This document shows positions 36,201-53,056 of a stretch of 64,000 nucleotides of DNA, in pieces. A model generated the notes under the pieces. The model was not told where the DNA came from, did not search any database, and saw only the letters and a program-made list of their open reading frames with translations. Position 1 is the first letter of the stretch, and each line of letters starts with the position of its first letter. The translations under genes and the position numbers were made by a program. This stretch comes from Octopus vulgaris (Eukaryota). The DNA lies in contig OX597818.1 in NCBI GenBank assembly GCA_951406725.2, positions 35,030,001 to 35,094,000 on the forward strand, read 5' to 3'.

Positions 36201-37893
36201 AGAAGAAACTAAAATGTCTTTCTCGCTCTGCATATTCATTCTCTTCTTCATCCAAACATCATTCTCTGCCTTCCTCTCACTATCCTTTCTACCAGCTCAG
36301 TCTCCACCATGTAACACTCCATTCCATCATCCTCTCTGAGAAAATGACCAACTTGAATGTGATAAAGTGTAGAATTAGTTTATTATCCTGCTTCCAGCTT
36401 CAGTGTTGCTGCCAGAATTTGAAAAATAGGGCAGATTTTCCCCTATTATTTTGTGATTTAGGGGTGATTTTTGAAAAACACGTGGTAATTCTTGGCGGTG
36501 TTCAGTGAACAAATTAAATACACTACCTGGCAGTGGCTAAAATGTCAACCGATGAAGTTTATGTATATTTATTCTTTTTACATGTTTATTTCCTTTTGCC
36601 CAATATTAAAACAACGGCTAAAAATTTTCTGAAGCAACAGCCCCACTAATTTTACCTACAAGCTGCCATTGAGAGTGAATGTATAGTTTCATTCAAATAT
36701 ATATTTACTAGACATCTCTGAAGGAAAATATACAGGATAATATGTTAAGAAATTAATTAAATTCTGAAATGAATTGTTAATGTGATTGTAATTATTTGGA
36801 CTCTTAACCTGATCTTCGAAGTCTGAAATGTCATAATTTAATGAACAATAGGTTAGGTTATGGTTTATCTCTCTTTGAGTGGACATAAGGCATGGAGACA
36901 GTCAATCTGACATGCAGGGACAACTTTAAGATATGTAGATATTAAGATAAGTTAAAACTGCCTTGCATTATCGATTTTCCTCCTAAGCAGGATACCATCA
37001 TTATCATAGTGGGTGTGTAATCTATTATAATTTATTTAGGTGGTTCCTTGTTTCTTTGAATTGGTTGATTTTGCTAATGGAGATTTACCTGGTGCACCCA
37101 GTAAGGCAAGTGACATAAGATGATGATGGCTATCATCATCACCATCATCATCTTCCTCATCATCAAAACTATTTATTAGTGATCATAATTGTCATCTCTG
37201 ATCAGGACAATGTGAAATATCTTCATCAGTATCACTGTTAATTTTGTGCTGCTATTGCTGCTGTTGCTGTTGAGTGAAGTGGTTCTTTGCTATTCGTAAG
37301 ACCCGCAGAAAAGAAAGCAGGTCAACCCCCGACACCGAGAGCATCGATGGATGGATGAATGCGCGCATCCAGGCTCAGCGGTTGCATAGGAAGTCGGTGA
37401 CAAGAAACAGGAAGAAAGAGTGAGAGAAAGTTGGAACGAAAGAGTACAACAGGGGTCACCACCACCCCCTGCCAGAGCCTCGTGGAGCTTTAGGTGTTTT
37501 CGCTCAATAAACACACGCCTAGTCTGGGAATCGAAACCACTATCCTCTGACCGTGAGTCTGCTGCCTTAACCACTTGGCCATTGCACCTCCTGCTGCAGC
37601 TGCTGATCCATCACCCTGGTGGCAAATAAAAGAAATCCTCATCGTTGTTTTCGTCATCATCCTCATCATCATCATCATCATCATCATCGTTATTGTTGTT
37701 GTAGTCATCACTATCATTGTCATCATCATCATCTTCATTTTCATTATCACACCACCATCACCCCACCACCACCACCACCACCATCACCATGAATAAATGA
37801 CTGTGATATTCATTTATAGTTTTGGTTTCCTTGCCATTGCTGTAGAGAGGTATTACTGCTGCTGTTATTAGGTGGTAAATGTAAACAATTTAA

Positions 37894-38240
37894 TTAGTAA
37901 AGCAGAGGTAGGAGCTCTCTGAACTTTGCCCAGGCTATCCTTACTCTAGCAGCTACACTTTCAGAGCATCCACCCCCACTACTGACTTGCTCACTTTGGT
38001 CATGGAAGCTATCAATTACTTGTAGTTTTTCCCTCTGGAATGTGACGGAAGCTGTTCTCTGCATATTTTCAATGTTTATTGCTCCTGAGCATTTACCACT
38101 CACAAAAACTATCTTCCCAGTTAGCCTTCCTTTGATATTGCTGCACCTCTTATGTGTCCATAGCTTAGACTGGGTACATCTTACGGAGTTTCTACCTACA
38201 CCTTTTCTACAATTCAAGCAGGGCCATCAACCTGAAGGGT
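37894..38240 (-). pseudogene. RTE LINE internal fragment (Cys-rich insert + post-RT region)
   Basis: CRKGVGRNSVRC..WTHKRCS..GGGCSESVAARVRIAWAKFRELLPLL. Confidence 0.8.
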
Positions 38241-38664
38241 TTGTATATAGATAATAGAAATATGTTTCAAAAAGAAAATAGAAACTACACGTGGAAACGA
38301 TATGGGGAAAGTAAGAAGAAAAAAAAGCGAAAATGTATATTGAATATCAAAAAAAATAAAGACCTTTTATGAAAAGTAGCGATAAATAAATACAATTAGA
38401 TGAACTGAGGTAGAATTAAGAGGAATTAAATTCATTATTTTGAATTGTCAAACCACTGTCATCATTGCTGTTCACTGGCTTTGAATGTATTTTTGCTGCT
38501 CCATCTGATATAATACATTAAGTTCTTTCAGCACCTTTATTTTTCTATTTAAGTTTCTTCTCGTAGGATTCTTGTTGTGCAGTTTGGTTATTTCCTTTAT
38601 GTTGATTCTTTTTGCAAGCACTGTGTTGCTTTCCCAGGGGGCTCTTCATTTCACTTTTGGTCTC

Positions 38665-39470
38665 AAAGATATTAAATCTCACATTGCTAAGGCTTGGGCA
38701 GCTATAGATGGTTTTAGAATAATATGGTCTTAGATGGTTTTAGAATAATAATTTTAGAAGTCAACCCTACCCAATAAATTGAAGAGACAGTTCTACAGAA
38801 CAGTTGTTGAATCTGTGCTTGCATATGGATCTCCGACTTAGACTCTCACCAAGAGACTCGGGTACATGCTAGATGGTGCCTACACCAGAATGTTACATGC
38901 AGTGCTCAACATCTCTTGAGGGAGCACCCAATAAAACAACGGTAGTATGGGAATGTACCAACTTCGTCATCAACCATCCAAGAGCAGAGATTGGGGTTTG
39001 CTGGTCACTATTGGAGAAGTAAAGAACTTGTGAGTAATGTGTTGCTGTGGATGCCAAATCATGGTACCTATTTGTTTACTACCCACAAAGGGCTAAACAC
39101 AGAGGGGACAAACAAGTACAGACACACGGATTAAGTTGATTACATCGACCCCAGTGTGTAACTGGTACTTATTTAATCGACTCCGAAAGGATGAAAGGCA
39201 AAGTCAACCTCGGCGGAATTTGAACTCAGAACGTAGTGGCAGACGAAATATCGCTAAGCATTTCGCCCGGTGTGCTAACAATTCTGCCAGTTCACCACCT
39301 TAAATCATGGTACCACAACTGCTCAAAGACCACGGAAGACGTATATACACAACAGCTTGCAGAAGATGTTGGATACCAAGTTGAAGACCTAAAATCACTA
39401 ATGAAAGATCAGGAGGGATGGAGAGAGGTAGTAGGGTGGCCCGGGCAATCAGCTGGACTGGATGATGCCT
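38665..39470 (+). pseudogene. RTE-like LINE C-terminal remnant interrupted by SINE-B (39069-39301)
   Basis: KDIKSHIAKAWAA..LKRQFYRTVVESVLAYGS..LDGAYTRML..RLGFAGHYWR; 13-bp TSD AAATCATGGTACC at 39056-39068 and 39302-39314. Confidence 0.8.
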
Positions 39471-39947
39471 CGATAAAAAAAAAACAAAAAAACATGTGAA
39501 CTGTAGAAATACAAAGACATGTGTTGTGTTTATGAACATATGGGTGACTTGACTGATCATATGATTGGATGTATGGATTTGTGTTTTTGTGTGAGTACGT
39601 ATGTGTGTGTTTGTACACAGTTTGATATTTTCCATGGTTCAAAGTTTGATTTTTTTCAATACAAATACCTAATTTGTAATTGATACATCAGACCTGTTGA
39701 TATTATTACCAACATTGTCATTGCCACCATCACCATCATTGTCCTCATCATCACTATCATCATCATTTTACATCCATTTTTCCATGCTATCGTGGGTTTG
39801 ATAAGATTTTAAAGGCGTTGTTTTACAGCTAGATGCCCTTCTGGCTGCGAATCTTCATCAATTTTTACAATGCAGAGGAACACAAAACACGCACATACAC
39901 ACACGCATGCACACACGCACGCATGCACGCACGCACGCACGCACGCA

Positions 39948-40002
<55 letters not shown>

Positions 40003-40635
40003 AAAGACCAATATATATATAACTCTTTTCTTTGCACTCACATAAACACGCATATTATGTTCATTCTCACACTATCAGACATTTTTTCTTCCTTGTTGCC
40101 ACACATACAAATAAACTTTTAATTAGATTTAACATACTTAATGGGCCACATTAAAAAAAGCTCATTTGAAATACCTTTGTGATGATGAGGAAGAATGTGT
40201 TATTAATAAATGATCAATGTTAGTTTCTGATAGTTTTCTAGGAAATAGGGGAGATAACTCAAACCCTAATATGGTCTAATTATAACCACCTCACAAATTG
40301 TTGAAATGCTAAATGTGTTAATACTGGCTTATGTATGGCTTTTCAGGAAAGAAAATTAGCATCTTGTGCTTATCTAATTTCTCAGTAATGCTATTTCATC
40401 TAAAACAAATAAAGCTTCTAGCAATTGTTAAACTATGCTTTGCTGATGTGGTATAAAGAGATTGAAACATGTTCAAAGTTGTCACTGTACAGACCCATTC
40501 TCAATGGCATTCTACTGTTGTTTAGTTTTAATTGATTTTAATTAATTAAAATTGCAGAGTTGTTTCCTTTGCCTTTCTTAACTAGAATTAGTCATTAAGA
40601 ATAATGATCACTTCTCTTCAATATATTCATCAACA

Positions 40636-41385
40636 TCATCGTTTAATGTCCACTTTCCATGCTAGCATGGGTTGGACGATTTGACTGAGGTCTGGCAAAC
40701 CAGATGGCTGCACCAGGCTCCAATCTGCTCCAGCAGAGTTTCTATAGCTGGATGTCCTTCCTAATATCAAACACCCTGAGAGTGTAGCAGGTGCTTTTAC
40801 GTACCACTGGCACGAGGGCCAGTCAGGTGGTACTAGCAATGGCCACACTCAAATGGTGCTTTTTATGTGCCACCTGCATAGGAGCCAGTCCAGCAGCACT
40901 GGCAACGACCTCGCTTGAATGTTTTTTCAGGTGCCTCCAACACAAGTGCCAGTAAGGTGACGCAGGTAACAATCATGCTCAAATGGTGCTTTTTACGTGC
41001 CACCAGCATGGAAGCCAGTTTGTTGCTCTGGCAACGATCATGCTCAGATGGTACTCTTAGCGCTCCTCTAGCACAGATGCCAGTCATCGAATTTGATTTC
41101 ACTTGCCTCAACAGATCTTCACAAGCAAAGTTTAGTATCCAATGAAGGAAAAGTACTCATAAGTGGGCTGGTTACACCTCTGGCAGAGGCCACAGGTTAT
41201 GGTCTCACTTGGCTTGCCGGGTCTTCTCAAGCACAGCATATTTCCAAAGGTCCTGGTCACTAGTCATTGCCTCGGTGAGGCCTAATGTTCGAAGGTCATG
41301 CCTCACCACCTCATCCCAGGTCTTCCTGGGTCTACCTCTTCCACAGGTTCCCTCAACTGCTAGGATGTGACACTTTTTCACACAG
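40636..41385 (-). mobile_element. RTE LINE 3' end (ORF C-terminus + long 3' UTR)
   Basis: VEGTCGRGRPRKTWDEVVRHDLR..LW then UTR and GAT tail. Confidence 0.85.
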
Positions 41386-41404
41386 CTATATATATATATA
41401 TATA

Positions 41405-43209
<1,805 letters not shown>

Positions 43210-43452
43210 GTATATATGTATGTATATATTCTTTATTTGTTGGTTAACAAGACTACCATTCATTTCATGCAAAGAATACTTAGCAATTACCAAGCCTGCT
43301 GTGTGGGACATTGCTACACATCAACATATTGGATGAAAATACTATCCAAACCTACCACAGCTACTTACATGCACGCGTATGTCGCAGGCTTGATAAAGAA
43401 AATTTATCCACCAATTGCAGCGTTGAGCACTCATTCTCACTGTTTTATATTA

Positions 43453-43534
<82 letters not shown>

Positions 43535-43539
43535 GTATC

Positions 43540-43588
<49 letters not shown>

Positions 43589-44000
43589 TTGTGTGTGTGT
43601 GTATGTATACACATACACAAATCATAGATAGAGAGATAAATAGATTGAAAGATAAAAAGAAAGATAGAAAGAAAAATGTAGATAGATAGACAAATAGAGA
43701 GACAGACCAAAAATTTGGAAATCATACAATCAATAGATATCTTATCAAACCTCAAAGTCCAAAAATCAAATCCAAGTGGAAAACAATAGATAACGGGTCA
43801 AGTAGACTGCCAACACCATCCCATCAGATTAAACCCTCCTCAGTCACTTTGGCTCGAGCTCCTCTCAGACTGGGACTTTGGTTTTTGTTTCGTTCTTTTG
43901 TTCTTTCTTTCTTTCTTCCTTTCCTTTTTTCTGTCTTTGTCTCTCTCTCACACACACACTCACACACACACACTCAAATATATATACATATACATGTATA

Positions 44001-44064
<64 letters not shown>

Positions 44065-44130
44065 CATGTATGTATATGCAGATATATATATATATATCCA
44101 CACACACACATGCATATACATATATATATG

Positions 44131-44165
<35 letters not shown>

Positions 44166-44190
44166 ATACACACATATAAATATATACATA

Positions 44191-44272
<82 letters not shown>

Positions 44273-44416
44273 AATATGTATACATACACACATACATATA
44301 TATACATTTATATATATATGCATATATGTATATACACATATGCATATATATATATATATATATATATGTGTAGTGCATTTGTGTATATATATATATTTAT
44401 ATGTATATATGTATAT

Positions 44417-44461
<45 letters not shown>

Positions 44462-45363
44462 CATTATCATCATCATCATTCATTTAGCGTCTGTTTTCCA
44501 TGCTAGCATGGGTTGGACGGTTCAACTGGGGTCTGGGGAGCCCAAAGGCTGCACCAGGCCAGTCAGATCTGGCAGTGTTTCTATAGCTGGATGCCCTTCC
44601 TAACGCCAACCACTCCGAGAGTGTAGTGGGTGATTTTATGTGCCACCGACACAGGTGCCAGACGAGGCTGGCGAACGGCCACGCTCGGATGGTGTTTTTT
44701 ATGTGCCACCGACACAGGTGCCAGACGAGGCTGGCAGACGGCCACGCTCGGATGGTGTTTTTATGTGCCACCGACACAGGTGCCAGATGAGGCTGGCGAA
44801 CGGCCACGATCGGATGGTGTTTGTTACGTGCCCACAGCACGGAGGCCAGTCGATGCGGTACTGGCTACGGCCACGTTCGGATGGTTTTCTTGTGTGCCAC
44901 CGGCACTGGTTCCACAAAGATACAAATTCCATTGATGTTCATCTATTTTGATTTGTTTTGATTGATTTTCACTTGCCTCAACAGGTCTTCACAAGTGTCA
45001 CAAGAAGAAAGGTATGCACAGGTGGACTGACTACGTCCCAGGTAGGGGCCACAGGTTATGGCCTGACTAGTCTTGCCGGGTCTTCGGATGGTGTTTTTAT
45101 GTGCCACCGACACAGGTGCCAGATGAGGCTGGCGAACGGCCACGATCGGATGGTGTTTGTTACTTGCCCACAGTACGGAGGCCAGTCGATGCGGTACTGG
45201 CTACCGCCACCGCATCGACTGGCCTCCGTGCATATATATATGCATATATATATGCATATATGTATATACATATATGCATATATATATATATATATATATA
45301 TGTATTTATGTATGTGTAGTGTATTTGTGTATGTATATATATTTATATGTATATATGTATATG

Positions 45364-45732
<369 letters not shown>

Positions 45733-45737
45733 CATAT

Positions 45738-45767
<30 letters not shown>

Positions 45768-45768
<1 letters not shown>

Positions 45769-46497
45769 TCATCATCATCATCATCATCGTTTAACGTCCG
45801 CTTTCCGCGCTAGCACGGGTTAGACGGTTTGACCGGGTCTGGGAAGCCAGGGGCCGCTCCAGGCTCCAGTCTGAATCTCGAGCATTTTAACGTGTCAGCG
45901 GCATGGGGGCAATGAGGTCCGGGGTACTTTGGGGATTGGGGTACTTTGGGGATCCAGGGTACTTTGGGGATCCGGGGTACTTAGAATGGGTAGGGGGTAT
46001 GTGGAATTGCTGCAGAAAGCAGCCCGGGTCTTTGTAGTCACAGCATATCTCCAGAGATCTCGGTCCTTCGCCATTGCCTCAGTGAGGCCCAATGCTCTGA
46101 GGTCATGCTTGACCACCTCATCCCATGTCTTCCTGGGTCTACCTCTCCCCCTGATACCTTCAACTGTTTGGGAGTGGCACTTCTTCACACATCTCTCTTC
46201 ATCCATCCGCAGCACATGACCATACCATCGCAAGCGTCGCTCTTGCACACCACATCTGATGCTTCTTATATCCAGCATTTCTCTCAGGATACTTACACTC
46301 TGTTTTGCGTGCACACTGACACTACACATCCAGCGGATCATGCTAGCTTCATTTCTTTCAAGTCTACGCATGTCTTCTGCAGACACAGCCCATGTTTCAT
46401 TACCGTGAAGCATGGCAGTTCGCACACATGCATCATACAATCTACCTTTTGCTCTGAGGGAGAGGCCTTTTGTTGCCAGTAGGGGTAGGAGCTTTCA
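45768..46497 (-). mobile_element. RTE LINE 3' fragment (second subfamily, short 3' UTR)
   Basis: YDACVRTAMLHGNETW..RRLRWYGHVLRM..GRGRPRKTW; (GAT)n tail. Confidence 0.9.
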
Positions 46498-46498
46498 C

Positions 46499-46556
<58 letters not shown>

Positions 46557-46559
<3 letters not shown>

Positions 46560-47241
46560 TTCCTGGATCTTAAGATCTTTCCAGTCCAGAGAACAAGGTG
46601 TCATCATACCACTTTTCTCCTTTTTTGTACAACCACACCTCAAATACTGCTGTCCACTGTGGTCTCCCCATACAAGACAAAATGTCTTGAGAATTGAATC
46701 ACCCCAGAGAGCACTCACTAAACTAATTGAAGGCATGGCTGCTCTCGATTATTGGGACCGCCTTAAAGCCTTGAAACTCTGCTCTCTCCAGTGTCACCAT
46801 AAGCAGTACATAATTTGTACGATGTGGAGAATATACTGCCAACTTTCCCCAAACGACCTGAACATTAGCTTCAAGGTTCATCCAAGACTGGGACCATGAG
46901 CCATACGCCTCCTGCCCAATTCAAGATCACAGCATACATGTACACTGCAACATGATTTCTTTTCCTCAACAGGCCCTGCCCTATTTAATATTGTCCCAAA
47001 TGAGATCAAAGAGGAAAAGGATCCCATCAACTTTAAACGGAGTCTGGATAGATTCCTTCAAGGAATACCAGATAAGCCACCCATAATTGAATACAACTCA
47101 ACCAACAAAAACTCACTACTTGAATGGACCATAAACAAAACTTGACTTAAACAGGATTCAGATAATCCTATCAGGTGGTGCTATTAAGCTAGACATGGCC
47201 TGGACCAATCTTTGGTCGAAACATATCTAAGTTTTATCTAA

Positions 47242-47246
<5 letters not shown>
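46557..47246 (+). mobile_element. CR1-clade LINE 3' fragment in a TA tract
   Basis: WILRSF..FVQPHLKYCCPLWSPH..IESPQRALTKLI.GM..LDYWDRLKALKL.SLQ; tail (TATCTAAGTTT)2. Confidence 0.85.
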
Positions 47247-47299
<53 letters not shown>

Positions 47300-47849
47300 A
47301 TTCCCACTGGTCATATGTTTTTATATTATTATTTTTATTCTTCCTTAGCAGACATTGTATCAAGAAATACTAAAAGCATCTTTACTCCACCCAGATGAAA
47401 CATGATTTCAATTTTTGACCAGGAAGTGGTAAATCTTTCCTAAAGGTGATACAGTTTTTTTCTTTTGTTTATATTAGAGACTCATATGTATGTATGTATG
47501 TATGGATGTATGTATCTGCCTGCTTGTCTGCCTGCCTGCTTCTCTGTCTGTCTGTCTGTCTGTCTGTCTATTTATCTGTCTATTTATTTATATACATACC
47601 TTTCTATATGTATACAAACAGAATACAGAATATAAACAGATACATATGTATATATGTGTGTGTGTGTGTGTGTGTTTGTGTATGTAAGTGCACATACACA
47701 CACGCACACACACACGCACACACACACACACAAACACGCATGCACGCATGCACACACACACAAACATACACATACTTATATGCATATATTAACAGCAGGC
47801 CACATATACCCACATTTGAGCAGCTGATCATTATTAAAACCTTACATTG

Positions 47850-47888
<39 letters not shown>

Positions 47889-47908
47889 ATCATTATTATT
47901 ATTATTAC

Positions 47909-47940
<32 letters not shown>

Positions 47941-47947
47941 CTACTAC

Positions 47948-48020
<73 letters not shown>
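47850..48020 (+). repeat. (TTA)n microsatellite
   Basis: Direct reading. Confidence 0.95.
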
Positions 48021-48914
48021 AATTGATGACGAGGAAATTGATTTACTAACTTCAGTTGTTTACAAAACAAAAGATTATAAAAAAGGAAGACGAAAGGCAA
48101 AAATAAAATGCAATAGTTATATTGGAGATTTTCAAAGACAAAGCATCATTCTTTTGTTTTTGTCTACACAACCTGGTTCAGTTCAGTTCGGCTCAATATA
48201 GAGTAGGTCAGAAGACGTTAAAGGAGTATTTCAAAGCAAGTAAGTTAACCAATACATAATACAGCAAATATTTAATGTAAGATGAATGACAATGCACAGC
48301 TTGTAAGGGTTGTAATGATTCTGCCTCGGGCTAATCCTGATTGAGTTGACTTATGAGCAAATTCACACCGGCTGTGACCATCCAGCCTGTTTATCAGAAT
48401 ATAAGTCTGAATTATCTAATGTTTCTTTTCCTTATCTAAAAGTCTAACATGTGATTTGAAATATATGACTGCTATTTCTAGCATGTCAAGTAATTATGTA
48501 GCAGCCCCTTGGTTGGTTCGTCAATACTTATCAGTTTCATCACAAGGCAAGAGCGGAAGCGGACCTTATTTCCTTGTATTATGAGTAAGGGATTGTTTTG
48601 AGATTTTTCGAGTGTTTTGAGCTAAAGATATATTTTTTAAGATTTTCTATTTATTCATTTATTTAATAACAATCACTGATACAAGTTTGCACAAACACAG
48701 ATATATATGTATTGTATGTAAGTTAAAGGCTAATTTAAGCTTATAGGCCTATTTATTGGGCTGGAGGTTATCATGGTGTCTGTGGAATTTAATTGACTTA
48801 GAATACAAGACTCCCTTCCATCCTGCATCAGATGCCAATCAGGCACAGACTTGACACTTCTAGATGCTACCGGAATTAATGTTTAACTAAGTGGACTGGT
48901 GTAATACATAAATA

Positions 48915-48969
<55 letters not shown>

Positions 48970-48970
48970 T

Positions 48971-49006
<36 letters not shown>

Positions 49007-49288
49007 ACATACATAGCACACACATTCACACACATGTATATATATATACACACACATAATTATATATGTTTGTATGTATGTATACATATATATGAGTGTG
49101 TGTGTGTGTATATATATATGTTGCGAATCTTGTATGCATGAAGTGGATTCGATCCACCACAGCCAAATTTAAACTAACAACCGTTACATATATATACACA
49201 CACACATATACATGTATATAAATAAATGGATATATAGTTAGATAGATAGATACATACATACATACATACATGCATGCATACATGCATG

Positions 49289-49319
<31 letters not shown>

Positions 49320-50221
49320 GTATCATACTTTATTTGTTTAGTTTCATAGTATATTGTTCCAAAAGTATCGTTTCACTTCAGTTATCCATGAGGTAATTAA
49401 GAAAATATTGTTGTTTGTTAGTAGACTCAGTAAACCATTGGACTTAAAACTCTGTATTGTTTAGTAACATTCATTCACACTCTGAATCCAAATGCTGCCT
49501 AGATTCTGGGGTAAGTACTGTTTAAGTACCAATGTTTGTATAATCACTTATCTCTCTCTCTCTCTTTCTCTCTCTCTGTCTTTGTCTCTGTTACTTTCGG
49601 TCTGTCCCTCTCTTCATACTCTTATTATTTTTCAGATGCATTATATTTTTTTAGCATGTGAGTATATATGGGTCTGTGGGCTTCAATTTCACAATCAAAT
49701 GCAGTTTTGTGCCCCATAGATAAATGCAGTACTTTTGCTTTAGATTCGTTTTTCCTATTATAATGAGAATGTTCAACCCTTATAGTGATACTTCCTACAT
49801 GTGTATAAATCAAGTCCAAGGTTATTAATTTGTATGTTTTTACCAAGCATTTCAAAGACATCTACTTTATAATAATTCTTTCTGTTTCAAATGCCCACAT
49901 TCTATTTTCACATCTGTATATCTGGATAACTTCTATATTTCTTTTTAAAGTGTATTATCATCTGTTGTTACTAATATTATGATTAGGAGACACTTCCTAT
50001 CCTTGGCTCCTTGATTATAATATCCTGCTGATTAGTCCTGATTTCCCACTCTATGAGGATTGGTATATCCTGCAGTATGGTTGTTTTGTTATTTTGCAAG
50101 ACCTTTTCATAGTATGTGTATACCATGCCTGCATACATACATGCATATATATGTAAACACACACACACACACACTTACATGCATACATATGTACATACAA
50201 ACATTCTGTTTTAATGCCTTA

Positions 50222-50398
50222 TTAATTAACACACTCACTGGTTCAATTTCCACTCATTTACTTTTTTTTTCTAAAATTTTCCTTGTTTCTTGCAATCTCT
50301 TCAATAGTTATTGACTCTGCCCATTATCGGAGTAGTGTTCTTTTTGTTTGCTTGTGTGCATGTGTGTGCATCAGGGTGCATGTGTATACACATGTATG

Positions 50399-50432
<34 letters not shown>

Positions 50433-50688
50433 TGTATGTATGTATGTATGTATGTATGTATGTATGTATGTATGTATGTGTGTGTGTGTATTTGCTATGA
50501 TAGATCACTAGCCGCTAAACCTTTTCCTATTTTCTCTCCCTCTTGATTTCTGTAATCCTTTCTGTCAAAGAGCAAAGGCTCGAAATGTAAAAGACTTTCT
50601 CACTTCCCAAGCATTAAACTAATACATCTGTTTGTTGTTTACACACCTGTCTTCGTCTTTTGTGTTTTTTTTGTAAATTCTCACTATA

Positions 50689-50741
<53 letters not shown>

Positions 50742-50760
50742 ATGTACATTTGTATGTATA

Positions 50761-50806
<46 letters not shown>

Positions 50807-51075
50807 TGTTTGTGTTTGTGTGTGTGAGTGTGTGTGTATTTGTGTGTGTGTGTGTGTGTGTGTATTTGTGTGTGTACCTCTGTCCCCTTGAGTGTAATGG
50901 AGTATCACTACTTTCTACAAGCATCTCTTATATAGTACAGGGATGTTTCATTTATGAAGACATACTCCTGTATTTGTCTGAGTGTTGGATCCTTTGGGTA
51001 CTTGGATAAAATGCAGATGTCAAGTTGACCTAGTGTGCCTCCATGCTGGTCTTTGGCATGTTGGTAGATTATGGA
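50222..51075 (-). mobile_element. Second copy of the Penelope-like family of 41405-43170, with a different PLE-like end nested at ~50510-50690
   Basis: 50232-50400 matches 41458-41640; 50940-51075 matches 42418-42548. Confidence 0.75.
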
Positions 51076-51094
51076 TATATATATATATATATAT

Positions 51095-51764
51095 ATTGGG
51101 ACATCTCATAAATAATGTATTTTTTTAATATTTCTTTTATTTTTCAAAATTAAAATAAACAAAATTCTTTTTTAATCAAAAACATACTCTCCTTCATTTT
51201 CTACAATGCTCTTCCATCTATCTTCTAGACTTGCAAGGATCCTCTTCCAAAATTCACTTGTCTGTGATGAAAAATTCTCCTCCAGTACTGTTCTGACCTT
51301 ATCAGAAATATGAATTCTGATAGAATTCTTATTTTTTCTATCCAAATGATTTTGAAGAATGCACAATAAATGATAACCAGATAGGGCAATGTCTGGCGAA
51401 TATGGTGGGTAGGGCATTCTTTCCCATTCAAACTGCTCCAGACTTTGGAATGTCATCTTCTCTGTATGTGGCTGAGCATTATCCTGATGGAAGAACAGCT
51501 TTTGTCTTGAGATCAAAGATGGTCATTTTTCTTCTAGCGCTGACGTATTTGCTGGCCTTGTGCCAAAATTTGAAATTATTATTAATATGATTGTTATTGT
51601 TGTTATCATTTTCATTTTACATGGTGTTTGATGTTAAGAAGGGTATACAGATACAGAAACAATGCCAAAGTTGGTAGGATTGCTTGGTACAATCCTCTGG
51701 CTAGCCAGTTCCTGTGAAACTGTTCCATGCATGCCAGCATGGAAAACGGGCGTTAAATGATGAC

Positions 51765-51808
<44 letters not shown>

Positions 51809-53056
51809 CTGTGGGTATGGAGATGGCTGTATCATTTTTAAGAAATTCTTCTTTGTTATCCTTTGGTTTGGGTTTAGAAGTTCAGTGGTCTAAACCTTTC
51901 ATATCCTACCAAACAGATAACAATACCTTATGTGGGTGAAGACCTTCTTTAGCCTAGGGTGCTGGTGTTTCACCTTTCCCTTATTTCTTTATTGCCCACA
52001 AGGGGCTAAATGTAGAGGGGACAAACAAGGACAGAAAAACGGATTAAGTCAATTACATCGACCCCAGTGCATAACTGGTACTTAATTTATCGACTCCAAA
52101 AGGTGAAAGGATATTTACATTATAGAATAACAAATGGTGTCAGATGGTATCTTTTTACTTGTTTCTTATTTCTTTATTGTCGATTATATTGACCCCAGTG
52201 CATAACTGGTACTTAATTTATCGACCCCGAAAGGATGAAAGGCAAAGTCAACCTCGATGGAATTTGAACTCAGAACGTAATGGCAGACGAAATACCACTA
52301 AGTATTTCGCCTGGCATGCTAACGTTTCTGCCAGCTCGCCGCCTACCAGTGGGTAGGGGAAAGGTGTTTCTCCTTCCCCTACCCACTGTCTATGCTGCCT
52401 GACATTTTTATAGAGAACTCATTTCTTGTCACTAGTCACTTTTTTGCCCCAAAATGTTCATTTATGAGAAGTGACAGCAAAAAAAGAGCACACATTCACT
52501 CTTTGCATGCGATTAGACTCGGAAAGTTTGTGAGGAACTCACTGACCCAATTTGCCAACTTTTCCAATGGCATGCAGGTGTCAATTAATGGTTGAATGAC
52601 CAAATCTAAGCTTCTCTGCTAGTTTCCCAACAGTTACAATGAGATTTTATCCCACCAGGGTTTGCAGGACATCCTCATTGAGCTCTACAGATCTTCCAGG
52701 ATGAGGCTTGTCTTCAAGGTTGTAGATTCCAGCTTGGAATTTCTGGAATCACCATTGACACTAGCATATGTTTATTGTCTGATTTCCATATACTGATTTA
52801 ATAATCCTTACACTTTCTGTTGAACTCATAAAAAGCAAAATATGCCAAATATACTCCTTTGTCACTTCCATTATAGCTTTGAAAAAATAACTGTTAAAAT
52901 CGAACTGCACTCTTCAAAACTTGCACTAAGAATAAATACAAGGTAAAATTACTACCTGCTTTTATAGCAAGTTGATGCAGGTAGTTTATCCCATCCCCCT
53001 CCAACTTTTAATTCATGTAATTGAAAGAAACTGCATTATTTATGGGATGACTCAAT
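51095..53056 (-). mobile_element. Decayed mariner element interrupted by RTE-tail and SINE-B insertions
   Basis: TIRs TATTGGGACATCTCATAAATAATG / CATTATTTATGGGATGACTCAATA; KLGQ*VPHKLSE (~52510-52555), HQDNAQPH and YSPDIA (51172-51516). Confidence 0.85.
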
